Part shown: in pieces, positions 9,430 to 17,852 of the stretch
How positions within the stretch are numbered: the stretch's first letter is position 1
Layout of the letters: each line of letters opens with the position of its first letter
Assembly: GCA_965368975.1 (NCBI GenBank)
Contig: CBDUPA010000002.1
Span: 384,001 to 448,000, forward strand
Source of the DNA: an uncultured bacterium
GTDB taxonomy: Bacteria > Acidobacteriota > Thermoanaerobaculia > Multivoradales > JAHZIX01
Length of the DNA stretch: 64,000 nt
Direction of reading: 5' to 3'
The notes under the pieces: model-generated
The model's input: only the letters and a program-made list of their open reading frames with translations
Told to the model about the DNA's origin: nothing
Databases searched by the model: none
Translations under genes and position numbers: made by a program

Positions 9430-9459
9430 ATGCTAGCACAGGCTGAAAAAACCGGTCAA
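9430..9459 (-). promoter_or_regulatory. Candidate sigma70 promoter for the exbB operon
   Basis: Minus strand TTGACC-N18-TAGCAT with TG extended -10. Confidence 0.4.
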
Positions 9460-9499
9460 GGACCAGCCGACAGAGCTTAAACTCCGAACGTTCAGTCAC

Positions 9500-10027
9500 T
9501 TAGAGGACCTTTCGAGATGATCGCCCAGCTTCGCCGAGGCGATCCAGGCGGAGTCTTTGAGCACAGCAGATGGCGACGGCCAAGGCATCGGTGACATCGT
9601 TGCTCGCCTTGGCGGCGAGCGCCGGATCGTGCAGCCCGAGCAGCATGCGAACCATGCGCCCGACCTGCTCCTTGGGGGCGCGGCCGTTGCCGGTCAACGC
9701 CGACTTGATCTCCGCCGGACTGTGCTCGCGAATTTCGATCCCCCGCCCTGCCAGAGTCGCCAACAAAGCGCCGCGTGCCTGCGCCAGAACGATCAGGGAG
9801 CGGCTGCTGCGACCGTGAAAGGCGGTCTCCAGTACCGCAAGCTGCGGGGGGTAGCGCTCTAGCAAGCCCTGCAACTGCTCGACCAGGAGAGCTAGACGTC
9901 CCGGCACTGGCTGCGCCGGAGGACAGGCAAAGCAGCCGTAGTGGACGGCACGCAGGCGCGAGCCCCGCTTCTCGATAACGCCGAAACCCGTGCGTATGCT
10001 GCCGGGATCGAGGCCGAGTATCCACAT
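9500..10027 (-). CDS. ruvC: Holliday junction resolvase RuvC
   Basis: ILGLDPG, LAQARG, GNGRAPKEQV, DVTDALAVAIC. Confidence 0.95.
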   Translation of the reverse strand: MWILGLDPGSIRTGFGVIEKRGSRLRAVHYGCFACPPAQPVPGRLALLVEQLQGLLERYPPQLAVLETAFHGRSSRSLIVLAQARGALLATLAGRGIEIREHSPAEIKSALTGNGRAPKEQVGRMVRMLLGLHDPALAAKASNDVTDALAVAICCAQRLRLDRLGEAGRSSRKVL

Positions 10028-10045
10028 GACGGTTGCTAGATCGAA

Positions 10046-10798
10046 TCATTCAGTAGTGCTGGCCAGGACTTCGTCGCTGAACGACTCGCTTGACCACGCG
10101 TGTTGCACGTCATCGTGATCGTCGAGGGCGTCCAGGAAGCGCATCAGCTTGCTGGCCTGATCAGGATCGGTGATTTCGGTGGAGTTCTGGGGCAGCATCG
10201 CTAGCCGCTGCGTCTGTAGTGGAATCTCGCGCTGCTCCAGCTCGTCGCGAATACGGCTGAAGTCTTCCGGGGCGGTGAAGATGGTGTGCTCACCATCTTC
10301 CGACGTGATGTCGTCGGCCTCCAACTCCAGAGCCAGCTCCATGAAGGCCTCTTCATCCATCACGTCGGCGCTGATCACGAAGTAGCCCCTGCGGTCGAAC
10401 ATCCAGGCCACACAACCGCTCTCACCCAAGTTTCCACCGGAACGGGAGAACAGGTTGCGAATCTCGGACACCGTACGATTACGATTGTCGGTCACGGCCT
10501 CCACGAGCACGGCGACCCCTCCGGGACCGTAGCCCTCGAGGATGCACTCCTCGTAGCTTTGGCCTTCCAGTTCGCCGGTACCCTTCTTGATGGCGCGGTC
10601 GATATTGTCGTTCGGCACATTGCTGTTACGCGCATCTTGGATCGCCGCCCGCAAGCGCGGATTGCCTGTCGGATCGCCGCCACCCAGCCGTGCCGCAACC
10701 GTGATCTCCTTCACCAGTTTGGTGAACAATTTGCCGCGCTTGGCGTCTACCGCAGCTTTGCGGTGCTGGATGTTGGCCCATTTACTGTGACCTGCCAT
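10046..10798 (-). CDS. yebC: YebC/PmpR family protein
   Basis: MAGHSKWANIQHRK, YEGYGPGG-like EGYGPGGVA, TDNRNRT; directly upstream of ruvC. Confidence 0.95.
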   Translation of the reverse strand: MAGHSKWANIQHRKAAVDAKRGKLFTKLVKEITVAARLGGGDPTGNPRLRAAIQDARNSNVPNDNIDRAIKKGTGELEGQSYEECILEGYGPGGVAVLVEAVTDNRNRTVSEIRNLFSRSGGNLGESGCVAWMFDRRGYFVISADVMDEEAFMELALELEADDITSEDGEHTIFTAPEDFSRIRDELEQREIPLQTQRLAMLPQNSTEITDPDQASKLMRFLDALDDHDDVQHAWSSESFSDEVLASTTE

Positions 10799-11103
10799 GG
10801 TCCTTTCTTGCTCCTCGAGTCGGCGAAAATTCGCGTGGCTGCGGGTGGGACCCGGCAACGACGCTGCCGCTGATGCCGAATGCGAGCTGCCCGTATGACA
10901 ACCGCAGTCACTCTGCCTGTATTCCGTATTCGCTTGTCGAATTTTGTCGGGCCTCCTCCGGCCGGCTATCACCACAGTCGCCCGGCAGCGCCCAGAAGGC
11001 GCACCTTACAGTAAGAAGCCAGAAAGTGCCAGGGGTAGTCACGTCCGAGAGGGGGGGCACGCTCCCAGTGGCAGCAAGGCGACTCGAAGCGCCGGCTCTC
11101 GGT

Positions 11104-11132
11104 TTGACGGATGGCATAGGGAGTGCTAGAAA
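11104..11132 (+). promoter_or_regulatory. Candidate sigma70 promoter for the kinase gene
   Basis: TTGACG-N17-TAGAAA with TG extension, about 30 nt before the GGAG/ATG at 11166. Confidence 0.4.
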
Positions 11133-11165
11133 GCTTTTCGCTATAGTAACTATGGAGTCCCGACC

Positions 11166-14100
11166 ATGCCCGCTTTCTTGATTGTCGACCAGGATCCTCG
11201 CTTCGCCAGCGGCCTGCGTAGCGCGCTGGAAGCAGAGGGCTGGCCGGGCAAGACCACGACAGACGCACGAGAGGCGGCGCAGCTCGCCGTAACCGACCGG
11301 CCGCAGCTGCTGCTGGCCAGCGTCGAAGTGGACGGCGCGCGGGTCTTGCTGGAACGTTTTTCGCAGCGCGCCGGCACGGGCTGCTCCTCGATTGCCTTCG
11401 TTCCAGCAGCCCGGGCGGCCGAGGTCAAGGCGGAGCAACTGGGTGCCGACGGCTTGCTGCCGCGCCCCTGTACCCGCGACCAATTCTGGAGCATGATTCG
11501 GCGCGTCCTGTCGGAAGCCCAGCGCAAGGCATCGCAGCAACCGGCTCACACGGACAGCACGAAGTTGACATCTGCCGAGATCTTCGGTGATCTGCTCGAG
11601 GAAGTCGACAGCCAGGATAGCTCCCAGGAGCCCCCACCTCGGGCGTTGCCACGTTCCGCCCCGGTCAAAATACAACTCGGCCAGCAAGGGACCGCGTCAA
11701 CACCAGCCGATGCACCGACAGGAGCAACACCGGCAGCACCCGAACAAGCGAGACCTGCCAGCCCCAACCTCGGCGATGATCTCGAAAGGAAGCTAGAGCA
11801 GACACTGTCGGGCGTGCTGGATCTCGGCGCTCAGAAATCGAGAAGCGCCAAGGCGGCTGCCGCCAGACCGATCGCGGCTCCGACGACACAGGTGCCAGCG
11901 GCACCGGCTCCAGCTCCAAGGGCCCCAGTTCCAAGGGCCCCAGTTCCAAGGGCCCCAGCCGCGCAGGCCCCGCCAGCGCAGGCCGCGGAGGCACCCGTCG
12001 CAACACCCGCAGCCACCCCGACGGCTGCTGAAGAGCCGGCACCGGCGAAGACGGGAACTGCGGCCAAGCCCAGGCGGCGTGACGCCAATGTTGATGACCT
12101 GCTGAACCAGACCCTGTCTGGACTGGTTGACCTCGAGGCCCTCGGACGGTCACGTAAGACTACTGTACATACTGAAGCGAGACCCGCCACGCCCACGGCC
12201 CAGCCGGAACCGCCAGCGGAACCACCGATCCGCACGCAACCGAAGGCGCAGATCGAGCCAATCGTAAGTGTCGAGCCCGAGTTCACCACCATGAAACTGC
12301 CCACGGGACTGGGAGCCCTCGCGGCAGCCGCGGAATCTGAAGCCGAGGCGGCCGCGGCCAGCGCGGTCGAGGTTGGGGCGGGCCAAATCGAGGCGGACCA
12401 AGTCGAGGCGGACCGAGTCGAGGCGGACCGAGTCGAGGCGGGCCAAGTCGAGGCGGACCAAGTCGAGGCGATGGAGGCTGCGCCAACAGAGGCGCCCCCC
12501 GAGGCAGAACCCCCGGGAAGATCCTCGGCACCTATCGAGTCAGCCACCGAGGCCCCCTCCACCAGCGCAGAGCACCCGATGGCCACGGGTCTGGCGAAGG
12601 TGTCAGGCTTGGCGGAAGCGTCGACCGAGAGCAAGGCCGAAGGAGGCGACCTCGAACCCGACCGAAGCGGCGAACCCGACACGGACAGCGCCGCAGGCAC
12701 AGCGCTGCCACACCCGATGTCCCTGGAGCCGCCGGGCTTCGGCTCGGTGCGGCAGGATCGAACCGCCGACACCGAGAGTGCTCTAGAGGCCGCTCTGAAG
12801 GAACAGGCAGAATCCAGAGCTGCCCGGAGCGCTGCTTCGCCCGAGGAAGCCGGATGGTTCGACGAACTGGTCGGTGATGAGTCAGCTATCCCTCGAACCA
12901 CCAAGTCCGACTCACCGCTGGCGGCGGCTGGACGCCGCTTCGGTTCCTATACCCTCGTCGAACGCATCGCCATCGGTGGCATGGCCGAGGTCTGGAAGGC
13001 GCGCATGAGCGGCGCGGCCGGCTTCCAAAAAATCGTCGCAATCAAGAAGATTCTCTCGCACCTGACGGCCAACCTCGAGTTCGAGAAGATGTTCGTCGAC
13101 GAGGCAAAGCTGGCTGCCCAGCTGAACCATCCGAATATCACTCAAATCTACGACCTGGGCCAGGTGCGCGGCGAGTACTACATCGCCATGGAGTACGTCG
13201 ACGGCAAGGATCTGCGCACCATCCTCGACCTGGCGCAGCGTTATGAGTACCCACTCGGCGAAGGCTTGGCGCTGCTCATCGCCTCCCGCCTGGCCAGCGG
13301 CCTCGACCACGCGCATCGACGGCGTGACGAAAATCACCAGGAACTCGGCTTGGTGCACCGGGATGTGTCACCGCAGAACGTGCTCATCGGATACGAGGGC
13401 GACGTCAAGCTCTGCGACTTCGGCATCGTCAAGGCAGTCGCCAAGGCGAGCCAGACTCAGATGGGCGCCCTCAAGGGCAAGCTGCAGTACATGTCCCCCG
13501 AACAGGCCTGGGGCAAGACGGTCGACGCGCGTACAGACCTCTTCTCGGTCGGCGCGCTACTTTTCGAGATGCTGACCGGTCGACGCCTGTTCGCTGGTGA
13601 CAGTGAACTGTCCGTTCTCGAAGCCGTGCGCGAATGCCGCATCGAAGAGCCACGCGCCCTGGTGCCGGAGATCTCACAGGAGGTCAATGGCGTTGTGCTG
13701 CGAGCCTTGGCCAAGGAGCCCGAGGATCGCTTCCAGACGGCAGCAGCGCTGCGACTCGAGCTAGATGAACTGCTCCTGCAGGTCAGCAAGCGACCTGGGC
13801 CTCACGAGCTGTCCTATTACCTCAAGCATCTAACGGCTGTGGCCGAGGGGCGCCAACCACCACCGCTGCTGGCCCACCACGCGGAGATCTCGGTGACCGC
13901 AGCCGGGACCGACTCGGCGTCCGCCGAAGATCCCGTCATCGAACAGCCGCTCGCGGAGGAGGCACCGGCCGAAGCGTCAGCGCCCGAAGCGTCGTCGCCT
14001 CTCGCCGAGACCGATGGATCGGAACCTGAAACCGCCGAAGAGCCCGCCTTCGATCTGCCCTCGTGGGAAGGCGTGGAGGCGCCGGAATTCGACCTGAGCA

Positions 14101-15254
14101 CCGACGAAGAACCGCCGCTCGGAGCCGCTGCCGTGTTGTCAGCGCTGGAGAAAGGGCCGGCGCCGGAGGTCGAGGCCCAACCGGAACCACCGTCCGAATT
14201 CGAACTTGCGGAGGAGGACACCGGCACCGGCAGTCACAGCTTCGACCTACACCCGATGGCAACCGGTGCGTTCCAGCTCGACGAGGTGCACGAGGAAGAG
14301 GCTCTGCAGGACATCCTCGACCTGAACCCGAGTACCGATGACCTGCCCGAAGACCTGGCCTTCGACGCCGCAGCACAGGAATACTCGGACATCGACCTCC
14401 CAGCAACCGGAGCAGTGCCAGAAGAACCTGGGCCACTCGAGGAAGCTAGGCTCAGGATTGGGCCTGACCTGCAAGAAGACGTCGCCGCGACCACACACTT
14501 CCAAGAGAGCAATGAATCGACACCCAGCTCGGACTTCTCTGAGCCAGCCGGGACCGCGACGATGCCGGCGGACAACGGCAGCTCGCCCGCGGCGGGAATC
14601 GCCATCGCCGAGCCCGCGGCCGAGAACACGAACTTGCGGCCCGTGGCCCAGATGTCGGTTCGCCAGGCGCGTGAATCCAACTGGCGACGCTGGCTCGGCG
14701 TGCTGCTGCTGCTGCTGATCCTCGCGGCAGCGGCCGCGATCTATCTCTTCGTCGAGGGCACTTTGACCCTGCCGGGCGAACCGACTCCGGCAACAGCTCC
14801 TCCGGAAGCCGTCCCGGACACGGATCCAGCGCTGCCCCCCTCGGAGAGCAGCGACGACACAGACGCCGGGGACTTGGGAGCCGTGAGCAGCAGCAGCGGA
14901 GGCGAAGTACGGGCTGCCGTTCTCGCCGGACTCCAGGATGTCGACGGACAACCCGGGGGCCCGCTGCGCGGCATCGAGGTACAGCCGCCCAAGCTTGTCA
15001 ACATCGGGAAAGCACAGTATCCTCGCGCAGGTCGCCAGCATGATCTTGACGGACACGTTGTTCTCGCATTGCTGGTCGACCCCGAGGGCAAGGTCGAACA
15101 GGTTCGCGTGCTGGAAGAGCTGGAAGCCTCGCCTTCCCTGGTCCAGCTAGCTCTGGACTTGGCCGCCGAGGCAGACTTTCTACCCGCGCGGAGTTCCACC
15201 AGCGGTAACCGTATCCGTATGTGGACGCAGTTGCGGATCGCGTTCGAATCCTGA
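11166..15254 (+). CDS. Pseudo-receiver / Hanks Ser-Thr kinase / TM / TonB C-terminal fusion protein
   Basis: Receiver-like N-terminus; kinase motifs IGGMAEVWKA, VAIKK, HRDVSPQN, DFG, YMSPE; TM WLGVLLLLLILAAAAAIYLF; TonB-C like YPRAGRQHDLDGHVVLALLVDPEGKV. Confidence 0.85.
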   Translation: MPAFLIVDQDPRFASGLRSALEAEGWPGKTTTDAREAAQLAVTDRPQLLLASVEVDGARVLLERFSQRAGTGCSSIAFVPAARAAEVKAEQLGADGLLPRPCTRDQFWSMIRRVLSEAQRKASQQPAHTDSTKLTSAEIFGDLLEEVDSQDSSQEPPPRALPRSAPVKIQLGQQGTASTPADAPTGATPAAPEQARPASPNLGDDLERKLEQTLSGVLDLGAQKSRSAKAAAARPIAAPTTQVPAAPAPAPRAPVPRAPVPRAPAAQAPPAQAAEAPVATPAATPTAAEEPAPAKTGTAAKPRRRDANVDDLLNQTLSGLVDLEALGRSRKTTVHTEARPATPTAQPEPPAEPPIRTQPKAQIEPIVSVEPEFTTMKLPTGLGALAAAAESEAEAAAASAVEVGAGQIEADQVEADRVEADRVEAGQVEADQVEAMEAAPTEAPPEAEPPGRSSAPIESATEAPSTSAEHPMATGLAKVSGLAEASTESKAEGGDLEPDRSGEPDTDSAAGTALPHPMSLEPPGFGSVRQDRTADTESALEAALKEQAESRAARSAASPEEAGWFDELVGDESAIPRTTKSDSPLAAAGRRFGSYTLVERIAIGGMAEVWKARMSGAAGFQKIVAIKKILSHLTANLEFEKMFVDEAKLAAQLNHPNITQIYDLGQVRGEYYIAMEYVDGKDLRTILDLAQRYEYPLGEGLALLIASRLASGLDHAHRRRDENHQELGLVHRDVSPQNVLIGYEGDVKLCDFGIVKAVAKASQTQMGALKGKLQYMSPEQAWGKTVDARTDLFSVGALLFEMLTGRRLFAGDSELSVLEAVRECRIEEPRALVPEISQEVNGVVLRALAKEPEDRFQTAAALRLELDELLLQVSKRPGPHELSYYLKHLTAVAEGRQPPPLLAHHAEISVTAAGTDSASAEDPVIEQPLAEEAPAEASAPEASSPLAETDGSEPETAEEPAFDLPSWEGVEAPEFDLSTDEEPPLGAAAVLSALEKGPAPEVEAQPEPPSEFELAEEDTGTGSHSFDLHPMATGAFQLDEVHEEEALQDILDLNPSTDDLPEDLAFDAAAQEYSDIDLPATGAVPEEPGPLEEARLRIGPDLQEDVAATTHFQESNESTPSSDFSEPAGTATMPADNGSSPAAGIAIAEPAAENTNLRPVAQMSVRQARESNWRRWLGVLLLLLILAAAAAIYLFVEGTLTLPGEPTPATAPPEAVPDTDPALPPSESSDDTDAGDLGAVSSSSGGEVRAAVLAGLQDVDGQPGGPLRGIEVQPPKLVNIGKAQYPRAGRQHDLDGHVVLALLVDPEGKVEQVRVLEELEASPSLVQLALDLAAEADFLPARSSTSGNRIRMWTQLRIAFES
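11916..11958 (+). repeat. 15-nt tandem repeat x3 (CCAAGGGCCCCAGTT; PRAPV)
   Basis: Read directly from sequence. Confidence 0.85.
12378..12470 (+). repeat. 15-nt tandem repeat x6 (GCGGACCAAGTCGAG; A-D/G-Q/R-V-E)
   Basis: Read directly; six near-identical units in the kinase linker. Confidence 0.9.
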
Positions 15255-15269
15255 CATGCGGAGGAACTG

Positions 15270-15512
15270 ATGAGTCTTTCCGAACAACAAAAGAGCTTCT
15301 ACGAGAATACCCTTGGCGTGGTTCGCGGCGAGATCGAGGAACTGGACCGCCAGATCGAGGAAGAACTGGCCAAGGTCAAGGACCGCCTCGCTGAACTGCA
15401 GTCCGCCAAGAAGGCCGCGCTCGCCATGTACGACGCCGCTTGCTTGCGCCTGGGCGTTGCCAACGAACTCAACGAAGATGACGGTGAGGAGGACGACGGC
15501 GGCAGCTTCTGA
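15270..15512 (+). CDS. Small acidic coiled-coil hypothetical protein
   Basis: GGAGG SD; heptad-like EIEELDRQIEEELAKVKDRLAELQ. Confidence 0.75.
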   Translation: MSLSEQQKSFYENTLGVVRGEIEELDRQIEEELAKVKDRLAELQSAKKAALAMYDAACLRLGVANELNEDDGEEDDGGSF

Positions 15513-15540
15513 GGCTTCGTCGGCGCTTTATCGTCCCACC

Positions 15541-16374
15541 ATGGCCTGGTTCAAGAAAAACAAGAAACCGAAGCCCGTTCGGCAGCACCGCAGCGCGGTG
15601 CCCGAAGGCTTGTGGATCAAGTGCAGCGGTTGCCGCGAGGTCGTGTACTCGAAGGAACTCGAGAACAACATCTGCCCGCGTTGCGGTTACCACTTTCGCA
15701 TCGATCCGCCGCAGCGAATTCGGCTCCTGCTCGACGATGAAGCACCGCGCGAGCTGTTCACCGACATTCGCCCCACGGACCCGTTGCAGTTCGAGGACAC
15801 CAAGCCCTACGCGCAGCGACTGAAGGCATACCAGCGCAAAGTCGACGTGCTCGACGCCCTGATGGTGGTGAGCGGCCACCTCGAGAAGCAGCCCGTGATC
15901 CTGGCGGTCATGGACTATCGCTTCATGGGTGGCTCGATGGGCTCGGTGGTTGGCGAGAAGGTCACGCTCGCGGCCGAGGAAGCCTTGCGGCGCAAGCAGC
16001 CGCTGATCGTGGTCTCGGCCTCCGGCGGTGCGCGCATGCAAGAAGGCGTGCTGTCGTTGATGCAGATGGCCAAGATCTCCGCCTCCCTGGCACGCTTGCG
16101 GGAAGCGCATCTACCCTACATCTCGATCCTCACGGATCCGACGACCGGCGGTGTGACGGCTTCGTTCGCCATGCTCGGTGACGTCAACATCGCGGAGCCG
16201 GGTGCCTTGATCGGCTTCGCCGGGCCACGCGTGATCCAGCAAACGATCCGCCAGAATCTGCCCGAGGGCTTCCAGCGCTCGGAGTTCTTGATGGAGCACG
16301 GCTTCCTGGACCTGGTCGTGCCACGCCCCGAGCTGAAGGCGACGGTCGCCCGCTGCTTGCGGCACTTCTCCTGA
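15541..16374 (+). CDS. accD: Acetyl-CoA carboxylase carboxyltransferase beta subunit
   Basis: PEGLWIKC..C...CPRC zinc finger, FMGGSMGSVVGEK, SGGARMQEG, IGFAGPRVI. Confidence 0.95.
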   Translation: MAWFKKNKKPKPVRQHRSAVPEGLWIKCSGCREVVYSKELENNICPRCGYHFRIDPPQRIRLLLDDEAPRELFTDIRPTDPLQFEDTKPYAQRLKAYQRKVDVLDALMVVSGHLEKQPVILAVMDYRFMGGSMGSVVGEKVTLAAEEALRRKQPLIVVSASGGARMQEGVLSLMQMAKISASLARLREAHLPYISILTDPTTGGVTASFAMLGDVNIAEPGALIGFAGPRVIQQTIRQNLPEGFQRSEFLMEHGFLDLVVPRPELKATVARCLRHFS

Positions 16375-16416
16375 GCCGCGGCCAGCTGCTCCACGTCCTC
16401 CTGTTGCCGTCCACCC

Positions 16417-17787
16417 ATGAGCCACGCACGTGAGCCCCGGGTAAGCGTCGAAGACCGAGTCGGCGTCGAGGACGTCGAAGCCCTGCTCGGCCATCTCGAG
16501 CACTTCGGGCTCAAGCTCGGCCTGGAGCGCATTCGCGCCCTGCTCGCCGAGTTGGGCGACCCGCAGCTCCAGGTGCCGACGGTGCTGGTCGCGGGCACCA
16601 ACGGCAAGGGCTCCACCGCTTCCCTGCTGGCATCGATAGCGACGCACGCCGGCTATCGCACCGGACTCTTCACCTCTCCGCACCTGGAGTCGCCCACCGA
16701 ACGCCTGCGCGTCGATGGCCGAGCCCTGGGTCTCGACACGCTCTACCACCTCCTGCGCCGTGTCGTCGACACTGGAGAACGACTCCACGGCGACGCTCCC
16801 ACCTACTTCGAGAGCTTCACCGCCGCAGGCTACCTGCACTTCGCCGAGACCAAGCTCGACCTTGCGGTCATGGAAGTCGGCCTCGGTGGCCGCCTCGACG
16901 CGACCAACGCTGGCGACCCGAGGCTGTCGCTGATCACCGAGATCGACCTCGACCACCGCAAGCAGCTCGGCGACACGCACGCTGCGGTGGCTCGCGAGAA
17001 GGCCGGCATCCTGCGCCCGGGACGGCCAGCGCTGGCATGGAGCCAGCATCCGGAAGCGGTAGCCGAGTTGCAGCGCTGTGCCGACGCCGTCGGCACCGAC
17101 TTCGAGCTGGTTTCCAACCGGGTCGAGATCCTGCGAGCGACCGACGACGGCAACTTCCGGATACGCACCGACCTCGACACCTACGATGTCCAGCTCCGGC
17201 TCTCCGGCAGGCACCAGGCCGGTAACATGTCACTGGCGATCCGAGCAGCCGAAACCCTGCGCCAGCTCGGCTGGAAGAACTTCGACAGCGCGGCAATCCT
17301 GAGGGGCGCTGCCGCCTGCCGCTGGCCGGGACGCCTGGAGTGGATCGACTTGCCGCACGGCGCATCGCCTGGGCAGCCACAGAAGCAGCGCGTCCTGCTC
17401 GACGCCGCCCACAACGCCCATGCCGCAGAGCATCTGGGACGATTCTTGCGCGACCTGCAGCAGCCCTACGACCTACTCTTCGGGGCCGTACGCGACAAGC
17501 CGGCCGAGTCGATGCTGCCCCTCTTGGCCCAGGGTGCGACGCGCGTCGTGCTCACCAATCCGGACTCCGTGCGCGCGCGGCCGGCGGCCGAGCTGCTGCC
17601 GCTACTGGCTACCTCCGAGCACGAGTTGGTGGTCGAAGAGAACCTCTCGCGCGCGCTCGACGTGGCCCTACAATCGGAGCGTCCGCTGGTCGCCTGCGGT
17701 TCCATCTACCTGATCGGAACGGTGCGCCGCCTGCTACGGGAACGTTTCGGCGTGCCGGCGGCAGCGGATCAGACACCGCTCTGCTGA
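16417..17787 (+). CDS. folC: Bifunctional folylpolyglutamate/dihydrofolate synthase
   Basis: VAGTNGKGST, FTSPHL, EVGLGGRLDATN, WPGRLE, LDAAHN; classic accD-folC order. Confidence 0.95.
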   Translation: MSHAREPRVSVEDRVGVEDVEALLGHLEHFGLKLGLERIRALLAELGDPQLQVPTVLVAGTNGKGSTASLLASIATHAGYRTGLFTSPHLESPTERLRVDGRALGLDTLYHLLRRVVDTGERLHGDAPTYFESFTAAGYLHFAETKLDLAVMEVGLGGRLDATNAGDPRLSLITEIDLDHRKQLGDTHAAVAREKAGILRPGRPALAWSQHPEAVAELQRCADAVGTDFELVSNRVEILRATDDGNFRIRTDLDTYDVQLRLSGRHQAGNMSLAIRAAETLRQLGWKNFDSAAILRGAAACRWPGRLEWIDLPHGASPGQPQKQRVLLDAAHNAHAAEHLGRFLRDLQQPYDLLFGAVRDKPAESMLPLLAQGATRVVLTNPDSVRARPAAELLPLLATSEHELVVEENLSRALDVALQSERPLVACGSIYLIGTVRRLLRERFGVPAAADQTPLC

Positions 17788-17852
17788 CCCGACCGAGACA
17801 GGTCGACGGTTCCCGCTCCGCTTCCTGGCCCGGCTCAGCCACCTGGCCCGCC

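Noticed and set aside
9082-9499. Cobalamin riboswitch or Fur box upstream of the TonB system
   Set aside because: No B12-box or GATAATGATAATCATTATC-like consensus could be recognised by eye
12378-12470. Repeat arrays here and at 60451-60516 as possible CRISPRs
   Set aside because: Contiguous 15-nt coding tandem repeats with no spacers and no cas genes
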